A stretch of DNA of 64,000 nt from Dimorphilus gyrociliatus. Taxonomy: Eukaryota > Animalia > Annelida. The notes beneath the pieces are model-generated. The model saw only the letters and a list, made by a program, of their open reading frames with translations, searched no databases and was not told the origin of the DNA. Position 1 is the first letter of the stretch; each line of letters opens with the position of its first letter. The translations under genes and the position numbers were made by a program. Shown one piece after another: positions 12,945-26,191 of this stretch. The DNA is taken from positions 1,364,001 to 1,428,000 of the forward strand of contig CAJFCJ010000010.1 in the NCBI GenBank assembly GCA_904063045.1. Reading direction: 5' to 3'.

Positions 12945-13760
12945 ATGAACGAAAACTCTGATCTACCTCCGATCTCTTCTTTGAAAAATGCTTTAGCAAG
13001 ACGTCACATAGCCGCTGGTATCCCATACAGTCTTCCAGTTGATCACGGGAAACACTCGGCTGAAACTTTTTATCGGACGGATTTAAGGGCCACCTTCCGC
13101 TATCCGTACTTTGAACAGGTAAGGAATACGAAAAATTAATTTTCTCTTCTGGTAAATAATCTAAAAACAAAATATATTACAATATCAAATTCCTTTCATT
13201 AAAAAAAGGCTCATGACTTCAATGAGGAAATTCTTCTATCATCTAAGAAACATCACCTAAAGACTAATGTTCCGTTTCAACTATTTCGAGCGACGAGACA
13301 AAAGAAATCACTTAACATGAAAAGCGATGAGGTTTTACGCTCCTATTCAAGTCTGTCACCCAAAACTTTGAAAGAGAAACGAAAAAGGTCTATTCTCTAT
13401 CTCCCTTTGAAACAGCTGGCTCATAAGGAATCGGAAACCTTAAAGAAACAAGCACTTGATATTGTTAAATCTATCGAAATAGAAAAATTACAAATATCGC
13501 CTCCTAGTACCGCAATTCGTCAACAGCGTTACTCCAATAGTTTTGATATAGGAGATAGTCAGCAAAACAAATATAAAAGGAAGAAATTTATTAACAGTTT
13601 AGAAAGGGCATCAACAGCTCCTGATTTCAAAAATATACCAGAAGAATTTCAATCTAGACCGAACTCTACACAGATTTGGGAATGGCTACAAAGTTCTGCA
13701 AGAGTTCAATCACCTTTTTCGTTCTTTTTAGATACCGTTTGTAGTATTACAGAAACTTGA
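12945..13760 (+). CDS. Hypothetical protein, 2 exons (12945-13118, 13209-13760), ~240 aa
   Basis: MNENSDLPPISSL...RATFRYPYFEQ|GTAAG intron AG|AHDFNEEILL... continues in frame into track ORF 13317-13760. No recognised domain; the start could lie further upstream. Confidence 0.6.
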
Positions 13761-14907
13761 GAAATATTGTTTTTTTTTTCATTTCATTTCACTTTAATAA
13801 AGTTAAAATTAACTATGAAATTGCTTTAAAACCTTAAGAACCTTTCTGTGTTCTAGACTTTATTTCTTGGATAAGCTTTTTTTCTTTTTGTATGATAATG
13901 GGTTAAAATGATAGTTACCAAATCTTCCTTTGTGTTTTTAATGATTAAAACGGTAAATACATGGATTTATTTTTAAAGAATGCTACAATAACAATAAAAA
14001 TGGGAGTGTTGTTAAAAATTATATCATAGGCCTAAGTAATTGTATTTTATATTTTATAGTAAATAGATGTCGCTAGCCCCCTTTTAAAAAAAATTAGGAC
14101 CGCAGACGAAAATGTTACAGCTATTGAGTTAAGGTTGTAGTAAGTTTTAGAAGAAATAACTTAAAAGATTTATAGAGTTATCAATATATTCTAACAGACT
14201 TTGTATTTTAATAAAAAGTAAAAGAGTAAAAGAAACTTGGAACATTTTTCTTTATAAAAAATAAAGTTTCCATAAAGTTAAATAGTTAAATATAAAGAAA
14301 TTTATAAATTACCATTGGTCAATACAATCTAAAGTTAAGTTGTTTAATAGTAATATTGTTGAAAAATTTCTAACAATTCATACTAAACTAGAATAATTCC
14401 AAACTATTTCTATATTCAATACTGTTAAAACATAATTTAAATATTATATAAAACTATAAAATATGATAATTTTTTCACATCATAAAAAGACTATAATTTA
14501 TAAGATAAAGCAATTTTTTTGTAACAATAAAATAGAATAGAAAGAGATAGATAAAAAAAAGCCTAATAAAGATGAAATTTTTCATTTTTATTTTATTTTT
14601 TTTGGTTGTTTTTTGATTTTTATTAAGCACTAATAAATTCCTAAAAATCACACAAAAAATAAGAGAAAATGTTTTAGAAATGGGTTATTTTTTTCTTTGG
14701 AGATAATATTTAAGTGAAAAATAGTACGGACATTTTTTTTTTGATATGCTCTTTAAAAAGTCTCCTTTTCTTTCAATTGTTATTTAAAAGCACCAGAGTT
14801 AAATAAGAAACATTCGTCAATTTTTCAAAAACAAACAAAATTTTTAAAGGGAATTTCTTTTCTCTTTTAGGATATACATTCTTCGTTTAAATTAATCTTT
14901 AAATTCT

Positions 14908-17435
14908 TTAATCGTTCTTCTTGTCTTCTTTAGGTTTATCTGCTTTGGCGTATTGCTTACTATCCTCTTTTTTGTCGGTCTTTGTTGTTGCTTTCTATTT
15001 AGTTTAAAATTTAGAAAAATTTAATATTTCATTGATATAGCATGGAATAGTATGTTTAACCTTTAAAGCATCCCATACTCCACCCATGAAGATATTGCAA
15101 AATAAATTCTCAAATGGGGCAAAAGGATCTTGTATATCCACAATCAGGGCAGATAAACGAAAGTAGATAAAGAATAGTACTACTGTAAAGTAAAGTGTTG
15201 GATGAGGTAGTTGGGGAATCATGTTCAATCTCTCGCAAAGGAAGACGATTGAAGCAACCACACTTGATTTTGTCGCGCTATTGAAAGGGGATAGAAATTA
15301 TAATGGTATATATATATATATATCTATATATGTAGTACAAAAAAATACGCTTTATAACATAACAAAAAAATAAGAGTTTTTTTCAGAATTTAAAAGAAAT
15401 TTCAATCTTCTTTATCAAGTGGTTATATAATTATTGCAATATATTTTTTAGTAATATATCCAATATTTAAATTATTCGTTAAGATTATTCAATGAAAGTC
15501 GTGCATCTTTCAATACTTCATTTTAGTATAATCTAATTTTTATCTTTCCCTGAGAATATTATAATTGACAATGGCATTTTCCTTTAACTTCAAAGCAAAT
15601 CAAAAAATCAATATTTTGTTCATAAAATTAAAATAATATTATCTGTTTTATCTATTTAAACATCTAAATCAATAAAAATACATTATGTGCAGAATATATC
15701 TCTGCACAAAAAATCAAATCAAAGATGTTTGTAGCATTCATTAGTTAAAGATATTTATATGTCTAATAACATGACTAATTACAATTATTGCAGTGCGTAC
15801 TCACAAAGATGGCTGTAACATTTCGTGAGTAGAAGGAATCCATATTCCTCGAATTAAACGTTCAAACATTCGCATATAGTAATAACCGGCACCTATTACG
15901 CGTTAAAATTGATTTTCTTTAATCGAAAAAGTCAAATTAGCCAAAAAAATAAATGGTCTAAGGAAGGACTGAGTAACAACAAACATCAAAATCATTCAAA
16001 GAGAAAGTAGGTTCATCGTGCATAATATATACAGTATATATATATATAAATTTTCCTCAGAGTTCAAATCAAACTTTGAAATTGGACACTTTTACCCTCT
16101 ATATGCTACAGTATCATTCATTAAGAGCAAATTATATTGGCTACAGTATCCTAAAACGTTTCAATTTTTTTTCGAACTTCATAGATCATATATTATGCGT
16201 AGATTAGAACCAAATGCGCTAAAAAATACTCACAAGGAAGGTGATAACCATTCTGTCTTATCGTGGGGTTTCCAAATACCAGCAGCTAATCTTGCAACGG
16301 GTCTCATCAGAGATGATCCCGCTCCTAATAAACAAATAAACTAACTACAAAACACGAACTACTATAAAAAGAAATCAAGACATGACACTTGCAAGATTAG
16401 TGGGAGCACTTTTATATGCTAATTATTGAGGACTACTTGAAGAGTTAACTAACCTTTAACAACGCCTAAAATTACTATGACCACATAAGCTCCGGGATAA
16501 GCCTTAAAAGCATAAGCCACTCCATGATGAATTTTATGTACTCTCTGTACTTCTTTTGCACACATAACAACCCATTTTATAGGTGAAAATTTCGTCATTT
16601 TATAAATAATATCAAATGGAGAATAATTAATGCAGTACCTAGAAAAAAGAAATAGATAATCATATTATGTATAATTAAATTAATAAAACAAAATTCAAAA
16701 TTCCATCTAGAAGAGTGGAAGAAAATTATTTCGAGATAAATAAAAGGAGAGACTTAAGTAGTTTTTTATTACGTTGATAGAAAATAATAAGTTATGTCTA
16801 AATCAAATCTTATGAAAATATCATACCAGACTGCGGTTGCCGTTAACAAATCGGTATGATTTTTAAAAGGGGTAATAACCGGTTCACCAACAAGAAAATT
16901 TCCCAAAATGGATCCCGCAAAACACAAAACCATAGACGCAACCCAACAAGCCAATGGATGTTTTCTCGAAAAGAGAGGAGCTGTAGAAACGAAAAAGTAG
17001 ATCGTATAAAAACAAAAGTTGCAGCTGGGGCAGGTGTTGTTCGTACGCGTAAATAGGTCAAGAAATTTAAATTTTATACTATGAACTATGTTAAATATCT
17101 ATTATAAGGGGTTATTAATGTGATAAGAATGTTTATACAAGCTTTAATGCTATGTAAACTTAGGGAGGGCTATAATTTATCGGGTAAAAAGCATTTAAGG
17201 GAAAGTTATTTTTTCCATCAAAGAGAAATTAATTAGATACTCGTCAAGAATCAAAAATAAGTATAAAAACTTTTTAAATCTCCCTTAACGTACAATTATT
17301 GCCAGATCCAGGCTGGGGGTGGTTATCTTCACGAACTATTATACACATAAGTATATAGTTTGCAATGTCGAAATATGGATACATTTTCAACTTTGCAACG
17401 ATCGTTGCGTATTCCATTAACTTTTGCTGATCCAT
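14908..17435 (-). CDS. TMEM38: Trimeric intracellular cation channel (TRIC), about 6 exons
   Basis: MDQQKLMEYATIVAKLKMYPYFDIANY..., FSRKHPLACWVASMVLCFAGSILGNFLVGEP, SPFDIIYK, KEVQRVHKIHHGV, GAGSSLM (second TRIC GGG-like motif), DPFAPFENLFC, Lys-rich tail KEDKKND*. Confidence 0.92.
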
Positions 17436-17523
17436 TTTTATACTTTAGTAATGTTAATATGATGTAAAAAATGATATAATTCGGTGAATTTAGTGGCCTT
17501 TGCTGCTTTCCGGTCAAGGTGAA

Positions 17524-17700
17524 TGCGCATGCGTAAACCTACAGATATTTTCGTACTTCATGTTTTTCCTCAGTGAAAGTAATTTTTATCCATGCATTTC
17601 AAGATTTTGCCGTCTGATTAACACTGAAGGATATTTTTGGAACGATTATTGGAAAATATTTTCAAATATTTAAACTTTACGAAAATCATATCCCGGAAGT
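17524..17700. promoter_or_regulatory. Shared divergent promoter of TMEM38 and APC with NRF1-like (TGCGCATGCG, 17524-17533) and ETS/GABP-like (CCCGGAAGT, 17692-17700) sites
   Basis: Start codons are 350 bp apart head-to-head and the motifs match textbook consensus. No functional data. Confidence 0.55.
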
Positions 17701-17784
17701 TGTAAAGTTGAGCGTTTGTTTTTGTTTCCATTCATTTGTAGTCATTTTTCAAAGGGCAATTTCTTGTCTCTGTCCACCAAAATC

Positions 17785-19997
17785 ATGCAAATAAACGACC
17801 TAATAGCGGATATGAAGGTTAGTTATCGATATAATAAAAAATTAATCATTTTTGTTAATGTAACGTCCACAATTCACAGAATTTGTCTGCCTTTATTCAA
17901 TCTGATCAAAAATTTGAGGCGAAAATCACGAACAGTATCACAAAAATAAAGACATATATATCTAATAAAGAGCAGAAAAGGCACGCAGATGCCTCAGCAA
18001 TACAAAATTCCGTGGAAAGGTTGATGAAATTAAGCTTCGAGGCCCATCAGCGGAAATTACTAGTTCAGGTTGGCGGTTTACGTGTCCTGGTAGATCTCCT
18101 ACGAGCTGAATGTCAACTTGTTGGTATAATCACTACCAACGAACATAATTTATTGATCAGACGTTACTGTTGTATGGCCTTGACAAATTTAACGTATGGT
18201 GATCCTGCTATTAAATATTGGCTTTGCTGCGACGATCTTAAACATGCTTTAACCTCACTCCTTGACCTATTGAAATCTACAAACGACGATCTACGTCAAG
18301 CTGTCTCTTGTGTTATGCGAAACTTGTGCTGGAAAGTAGATGGGGCTTCTAAGTTAGCCCTTCAAGAGTCTGGGTGCATTAAATGTCTTATGCTATCTGC
18401 CATGTCTGAATCGAATGAAAATACCCTTAAAGCTATGTTGGCTGCGTTATGGAATGTTAGTGCTCACTCTAAGCAGAATAAGAAAGATATCTGTGAACTA
18501 GATGGCTCTCTCAAATTTTTGGTGAAAACAATCGCGCACACTAATAAAAAAATTGTGGAAAATAGCGGTGGAATACTTCGTAATATATCAAGTCAGATAG
18601 CTCTTAATAACACATACAGAACTACACTAAGAAATAGCGGCGCTCTCTCAGCCCTTATTAATAACCTTCATTCCTCTAATGATATAATAATGAGTAATGC
18701 CTGTGGCACTCTTTGGAATCTATCTGCTAGATGTCCACTTGATCAGCGGACACTAATAAGTTTAGGTGCAAAACCTATTCTAGAAAAGTTGACAGCAAGT
18801 TCTCACCGCATGATATCAAGAGCCTCAACCGCAGTCCTGAAGAATTTAGCAAAAATGGAGCCAAAATCGAAAACGTCATCTTACGCTCCAGCAAATCTTG
18901 AAAGTTTCCCAGAACCTCAAGATAGTGTCGTTAGCTTTCATTTAGAGGGAACACCACCTCTAACTCGAAATCATTCTTTACAAAATATTATTCCAAATCA
19001 GCATCATATAGCAGAATCAATAAATGAAGTTCCGATGAAATACGAAGTTGAAGACACACCAATTATAATATCAAGAGTGTCTTCCCTTAGTTCCCTGCAG
19101 GCCCATACAGAAGATCCATCAAAGAAATCTAGTGTAAAGAATGTTCCTTTTGAACAGACCCCTTTAATGTATAGTCGAACCTCATCTCTACAGTCATTAA
19201 AAGATTATGAGGATATCAGTAGTGTTAACTCGGATGTTATTAGCATCTATAGTCATTCAAGGGAGAGCGAAATGGTGAGTCCAGCTGACTTACCAGATTC
19301 ACCTTCGGACGTGTCAGCAACAACTACCACGAATATTATATCTGCTTCAACAGAAAATAGGGAGGATGAAGACAAACCTAAAATGTGGGCCGATGAAGGA
19401 GATGTTGAAACAACATCTGCCTTATCGGCATTAACAATCGATTCTAATCCTATTAGTAATTGTCCCCTATCGCTACCAGCCGCCATTATTAAAGAGAGTC
19501 TTTCAAATCGTATAGCTGCTAGTGATCCTGGTGTTCCTAACAAGGAACAAGAAGAAGATGCATCAGACTCAAGTCTCTCCGGTTAGTAAGACTTTAAACT
19601 ATTCCCTGGTTGTTTGAAAGTCGTGTTTATTATTCTAAATTCCCTTCCAATTCATTTGGAAAAGATTGAAACTTTGAAGATAAACGCGAGAAAATAGAAA
19701 ACCTTTTAAATTAAACTTTTGGGAATTTTACTCCTCTCTGTTTTCTATGATTGCATAACATTTGTTTATTTAAGAGATCTAGGCTTTCGACGAAAAGCTT
19801 TTCCTATGTTAACTTATCCGCATTTAATTGCAGGAGAGGAAGAGGACGCTGAACTTTTACAACAAGTTATAGATTCCGCTTTACCTAAAACAAGACCAAG
19901 ATCCGAACCAAGTTCGTCTAAAGATCGCGATGGATTATTTAAAAAGCCAATAGGAATGCCACCAAAATCAAAAGCCCGAAGACCGTTAAACGTGTGA
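17785..19997 (+). CDS. APC: Adenomatous polyposis coli homolog, 3 exons (17785-17817, 17880-19581, 19834-19997), 632 aa
   Basis: ARM repeats with RRYCCMALTNLTYGD, VMRNLCWK, LAALWNVSAHSKQNKKDIC, IVENSGGILRNISS, NACGTLWNLSAR; 20-aa repeats EDTPIIISRVSSLSSL and EQTPLMYSRTSSLQSL; region B/CID VSPADLPDSP; SAMP-like ELLQQVIDSALPK in exon 3. Confidence 0.93.
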
Positions 19998-20551
19998 AGA
20001 GAGAAGGAACGTTAGAATTTTTTTTAAAAAAAAACTGTTTTTATCGTTGATAGCTTTCTACATTGTGTAATTTTTTTTATTTCTCTTTTTGTATTTTAAT
20101 CATTTTCTCTCATTGTTTAGTCTTCAAAATTTGTCATCATTATTTTTTTTTTAGCTTTTTTTCATTGATTTTTTTTATTCTTGACCCCAACCTAATTATT
20201 TTGTTTTTTCTTTTAATATCTACTTGAACAGTAAAGTTTTCAAGAAGATTTAAAAAAAAACTGATTGCTGCAAAGTTAGGGGAATAAATGGAACGATTAT
20301 TGATTATAAGCTCTTTTGAGACATTGTAAATAAGTCAGACTGAGAGTAAGATATTATTTATTAGTTTAATTTCATAAATAGCACTTTTATGAGTTGTTTA
20401 AAAAATAGACTTTAAGAGGTTTCATATGCTTGAAAGGACCAAAGACCTCTACAATGAAGCTTACGTTATCACAGTATATAAAAAAATACAGATATTAACT
20501 GATAAAAAACTATTTACAAATTTTAATTCGTTATACAGAAGTTTCAAATTG

Positions 20552-22980
20552 TCATAATTGTGTACTATCACCATTTCTCTGCTCTTTTTCGTTAGATTCA
20601 CCGAGGAAAAATCCCCCATTTTTGTTACCATTTCCATCTATTGATGCTGAGCTAGACACCTTGGTCATAGGTTTAGTTATTGCAGGCAATACTGTTGCAC
20701 CACTTAGAGAATTATTATTATTTGTGCTTGGCTCCAGTTCTGGTTTCACTTCGGCCAAATTTACACTACTTCTTCTTCGGTTCTTAAATGAATTGAGTGT
20801 TAGAATTAGTGTTATATCTCGAATTTGATTTGTTTAACTAACCAAGTATTTGATATCTAATTTCTTTAACTCATTTACGTTGATACCTTCAAGAATATCT
20901 TGTTTGGAGGAATTTCTACGTTCCTTCATTCTAGATTTAAACTCAGTTTTCTCTTCTATTTGCACCTTTAACGTCCAGGCCTGAACATCTTCTATAACTT
21001 CTGGTAAAGGCCTATTAACAGTGTCTGGTAAAAATAAAACCAAGACGGCTGCAACTAGTGCTGTAGCGGCGAAGATTGTGCCAACTAGCCAAGGATGATC
21101 TTCTGTCTATGTTTTATAGCTGATAATAAAAAAAGATTAAGCACAAGAAGCGTATTGAAACTTACAGCTATCCCAATATAGGGCGCTACTAGACCAGCCA
21201 CCAGACCAAGAACAAAACATAAAGCAACTCCAACATTGCGATGAGTGGTTGGATTCAGTTCAGAGGAATAAAACATCATATTTAGAAACACTCCTCCAAT
21301 TCCTAATTTACCAACCATGGCAAAGACTGTAGTAATTGTAGCTTTATTTTCATAATCTGACAATTGTATAAGACTCATTATTAATAGCCCTGCTGCACCC
21401 ACAACGAATAAGCCACAGATTACGTAACGTCTGCCAAATCTAAAATGATAGGTAATGTAAATATTAACTCTTTGCGAGAGAAACAAAAACTAGTTATACC
21501 TTGGTAAAAGAAACAAACAAATAAAAACAGCAGGAATTTCTACAGCAGAGTTGATAAAGAAGTTTAAATATGGATTTCCACCCAAACTGGAGGTACCAAA
21601 AGCCAAACCGAAATAGCATAAATTTGTAGAAATCCTATCAAGAAAAACAGTTTACTGATGGATTTACACGAGTTAACAAAAATCAAACCATAAGAAAAAT
21701 TGAATAAAGGTGTAACGCCTAACTTTTGGTGCGTAAAGAATAGCCAGTGGACTTGAATATTTACTTTGAAGGACTTCTTTTTGTTCTTCTTCGGGTCTCT
21801 CATTTACTTTTGCAATCGCTTCGTCGAAATGACGAAAGTTAACTGGTACTTTGTTAACTCTGCCAGCTCTTTGGAAAATTTTTCTGACTTGCTCAAAACG
21901 GCCTTTAGCAATTAACCATTGAATGGATTCAGGCATGTACCTTTAATTATAACAAGATCTTTTGGTTACTTTATTGAAAACTGGAAAATATACTAGAACC
22001 TAACCATATATAGGGAATAGTAAGGACCACTGGTCCAGCTACTATGAATAGAAGATGATTCCATCTCTGCGTTGCATAAGCCATACCTGCCATTATCATA
22101 TTGCTAAGAGAATAAAAAATTTGAACAAAAACCCCTGCCGATACTCTTTGATCGGCTGGCCAAAGTTCGCAGGCCAATACCATTCCGGAGGACATAATAC
22201 CCTGATGATGGTTAATAGTCAGTATGTTTGAGAAAATAACAAAGCAGTTACCTGAAAGAAAAATCCTCTAAAAAAAGATAAAGCGTGGAAAACTTTAATA
22301 TTTGGAGAGAATCCTTGTCCAACACACACACAAGCAGTTATCCAATTACATATTAAAAAGTAAGGCTTCCTTCCTACAAATTCTCCTATAGGTGTAAGAA
22401 TAAAAGAGCCAGCTAATGCACCAATTATCGCATATGTGAACGTTAATTCAATCTGAATTTTATCATCGCAGAACAGATTAAACTGCAAAATTGATATAAA
22501 TAATAGATTAAATGATTATTATTATTATTAATAACGTTGAATTAACAAACTTCTGTCTCGATACTAGTTTTAAAATCCTTTTCATGAACTGTATACGATT
22601 TATTGGGACAGTCAATTGGGTTGTTCGTATCGAAGTCGAATTTACCACCAACTCGCTTATAACTGAATATCTGGCATTGGCTAAACTCTAGATCACCATC
22701 AATATTTTCTTCCAAAGGTATTGTCAAATTGGAAATAGTAGCTCCATCCGGTAATTCGCAGGTAACATTTGTCGATCTCATTCCTGGATTTTTATAAACA
22801 GATGTATTTAAACAACTAAATTGACGAATTGATAAAAAAAATTATACCTGCAAATACAAGAAGAAAAGTATGCCATCCTCCTGGAAAATTAAATCCAGCA
22901 CAGATAAGTGAAAAAGTTATTATTTGCCATAAGCCGTAGCGACCTAATTGCATAAGAAGATTTTCTACAACTTCGATCAT
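20552..22980 (-). CDS. SLC22-family organic cation/anion transporter (MFS), about 9 exons
   Basis: MIEVVENLLMQLGRYGLWQ..., large luminal loop with C-x-LP and CQIF/CP, FNLFCD, GEFVGRKP, LACELWPADQR, MPESIQWLIAKGR, RFGRR, FYSSELNPTTHRNVG, FLPDTVNRPLPE. Confidence 0.9.
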
Positions 22981-24609
22981 GATTTCAGAATGATGTATTC
23001 GATATTATCAGTTGAGTTTAAATATATACTACAGGATAGTCATTTCGATTTTACGATACCTTTGAAGCACTGTTCAAATTGTACTGATAAAAATTGGTAT
23101 AAAGAATAAGGTTTTATTTTCTGAATATGCAAGAAAAAGTACTTCAATGGCTTAACTCTGGAAGTTAAAATTATGATCTCTAAAACTATTCAAAAAATGA
23201 TATATTTATAGTTTTTTATGGAAAAGATAGCATAGTGAAATTTTTAGATTACCAAGTCAAGCATGTGGAAAGTCGACCAAAGTCATTCAATATGTTTTAA
23301 ATAAATCCCTGCAATTAAATACTTATGACGATTCTAAAAATAGAATAAAATTTTCATAAGTTATATTACAAAAATTAGATTCAAGAAGAAGAGAAACATT
23401 CAAAAGAAAAATTCATAAGTATCATTAAAAGTATAATAATATAGATTGAATCAATAACATATAGGCTTCAAAAAGCTAAAGGTAAACAAATTCGATAACG
23501 AAACCTAAATACAATATTGTCCAATAGGAGATTGAGTGGCGTATAAACCCCGTAAGTGATAAAAAATAAACAAAGAAACAAAGAGTTTTCTTAAAATATT
23601 TTTTTTTTAAAAAAAAAATGAAATTATTTTCATAATGATTTATGAAATATCTATTAAACCCATTTATATTTAATTTATGAATAAATATATAATAAATTCA
23701 AGCATTCTTAACATTATCATAGATGCTGACTAATAAATGATTTGTGTATTAAGAGAGAAAGGATTTATACAGTATATATATATATATATAGATATGTTAG
23801 TATGTACTGTATATATAGCTTTAAAACAGGAGTATTTGCACTGGGATTTTATTTCGTTTTAATGACTTTATACTTAAAACATTGAAATGACTAATGAGTT
23901 TCGCATTCGTTTATTTAGTCAACCTAATAATAAGTGCGTTAAAGTAAAATTGTTAACTTTATTATCCATATGGAATATATAATAAAGTGTTAGAACTATA
24001 AATATATAGGCCAATATCATTTTTATTGAATAATTTTAAAAGGAAGAAAAAGTGAAAAAATGTATTAATTAAAGTCTACATTTCAAAGAGAAACCCTTCT
24101 CAAAAGAATGTATAATAATCATTGAAAATAATAGGCCAAATATAATTAATTAATAAAAGGCGCTTAGTATACTATGGATTGTTTGGTATTGACGTCAATT
24201 CTTATTACCTGGTACATGTATATTTCGAAATTCTATCTTCTTATAAAATAATTTCATTTTAGAATGTTTTAATATTTTTAATCACAAGGGAAAAGTAAAG
24301 CGCCATCTTTATTACTTTTTTCTTTCCCTTTGGTTGAATTGGTTGACAGGACAATATTTAGCTATTCTGTTTTTAGTTCTACTTTTAAATTCATTAACTG
24401 GTTATTATGATATGTTACTATTTACTTGTTGAAGAGTATTAAATGACAATAATAACCGATAATAATACATATATTCTTTAATAGAGTATTAAATTTCATT
24501 TAGTGTTCACTTGAATCAATTTGTTTTATACAACTACATTCATACTTTTGTTAGGCAACAACTTAGAAGATAAAAGAATAAAGTGAAATTTCAACGTTTA
24601 ACTACAAAT

Positions 24610-26191
24610 ATGTCATTAATATTTTATTGTAAAATTTTGTTATTATTTATCTATTGTTTCTCTTCGGCTTCTTCTTGCTGCTATTGTAAGCGATGTATAT
24701 TTCTACTATAAAAAATATTATTAATAATTTATGAATAAATCAAAGATTGTAAGGGAAGTCAAGAAATATGGATAACTTCAAAACCATCGTGGAAGTTGGT
24801 TGTTGAACAAACAGAGGTAGTAGAATTGGCTAAAAAGGTAGATTTAGGTGAAAATGATAAACTTGTTACTGATTTTCGACGTCCCGCCGGCTACTTGACA
24901 CAAGAAGCTGTACTGGGAGAGATAAAACTTTATAACAGATATTATAATTTAAGGTAGTATGTCTTTTAAAACTATATAACATCAGCAATGAACGTATTAA
25001 CTATATAATCTTAGCTATGCCGGAATACCAATATATATCCAATATAAGGATTTATCAAAATCATCACAAATTCTTTCGTCTCAATATATTGAAGTTAGTA
25101 TAATCTCTTTTCCTTTTTTCGTAAATCCCCAATTCGTCTCTGTTGTATTCTTCTCCTCTTTTTTTGTCTTATAAATAGTTAGACTTTGGAATAAACACCG
25201 AAGTTTCTGGATTTGCTATTCAAAATGGTTTTTACGAGGAAAAAACTCAACAATTGCTTTTCAAGTTTGTCAATGAAAATCCCATAATTGGACAATTTAA
25301 TGAATAATTAACCAGTTTTATTTCGTTACTGATAGGACAGAAACTTGGACGAGCCGTTTTATTGCGTCTTACGCCGCTGAAGGTCAATCATTTAGATATG
25401 TTACGGAGGAGATATCACTACAGAAACAGGTTCCATTAATTTAAGAGAATTCGTTAAAATCATTATCATCATCGTCGTCGTCATTCTTTTGATAGATATT
25501 TGTTGATTCTAAAAATGAAATGAGATCTAAACATAAAATTTATACATTCGATAAAGAAGTTACGGCTAGAAAATTAAGAATTCATCCTATAGACGCCTTT
25601 GACCAATACGGACCAACAAATCAACTTATGGTCAGAGTTTCCCCAATATTATGCAACATTCAAGGTATATCATTTGTCGTCCTTTTCACGTTTAATAGAA
25701 TAATCTTTAAAGACAATACACTATATAATTAAATCTACAAAGGTAAATGCCCGACCGAAAAGATACATTGTCAAATGAGTAAATGGTCTAATTGGGGTTC
25801 GTGTCAATGTAATGGTGATTATTGTGTTGAAAATAGAATGAGGGAAATACATAGATACTCTTCTTGCGGTGGACAGGCTTGTGAACACACTAGAGAGAAG
25901 AGAACGTGCACAATACCCAGCGGTATTTAATCAATTAATAAATCTTTTTCTTCGATTTCTACAACTTGATTATTCTTTAAAATTCAAACAGATTCTTGGA
26001 AACTCTTTCTCGGTATAGGCCTAGGAGTGGGTTGCGGAGTACTTGTTATTGGCATTATTGGCGCACTCGTGTATAAATTGAAATTCGGTAAAAAGAAGAC
26101 AGTATGGGCAACTAATGAAGGAACAAGGCCTATTGTTGAGGAAAAAAGGAATCAAGATGAATCAATAATATCTCCAGTCATTGATGAATAA
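24610..26191 (+). CDS. Single-pass membrane protein: signal peptide + divergent F5/8 type C (discoidin) domain + TSP1 repeat + TM, about 8 exons
   Basis: Manual splicing: MSLIFYCKILLLFIYCFSSASSCCY; LDFGINTEVSGFAIQNG...ETWTSRFIASYAAEG...FDKEVTARKLRIHP...VRVSPILC (F5/8C-like); CQMSKWSNWGSCQCNGDYC...R.R.I...CGGQACEHTREKRTC (TSP1); LFLGIGLGVGCGVLVIGIIGALVYKLK (TM). All junctions GT-AG and in phase. Confidence 0.8.

Noticed and set aside
17295-17310. Possible GC-AG intron at TMEM38 exon 1 (TCTG|GCAAT)
   Set aside because: A canonical in-phase donor (AAT T|GTACGT) lies a few bases downstream.
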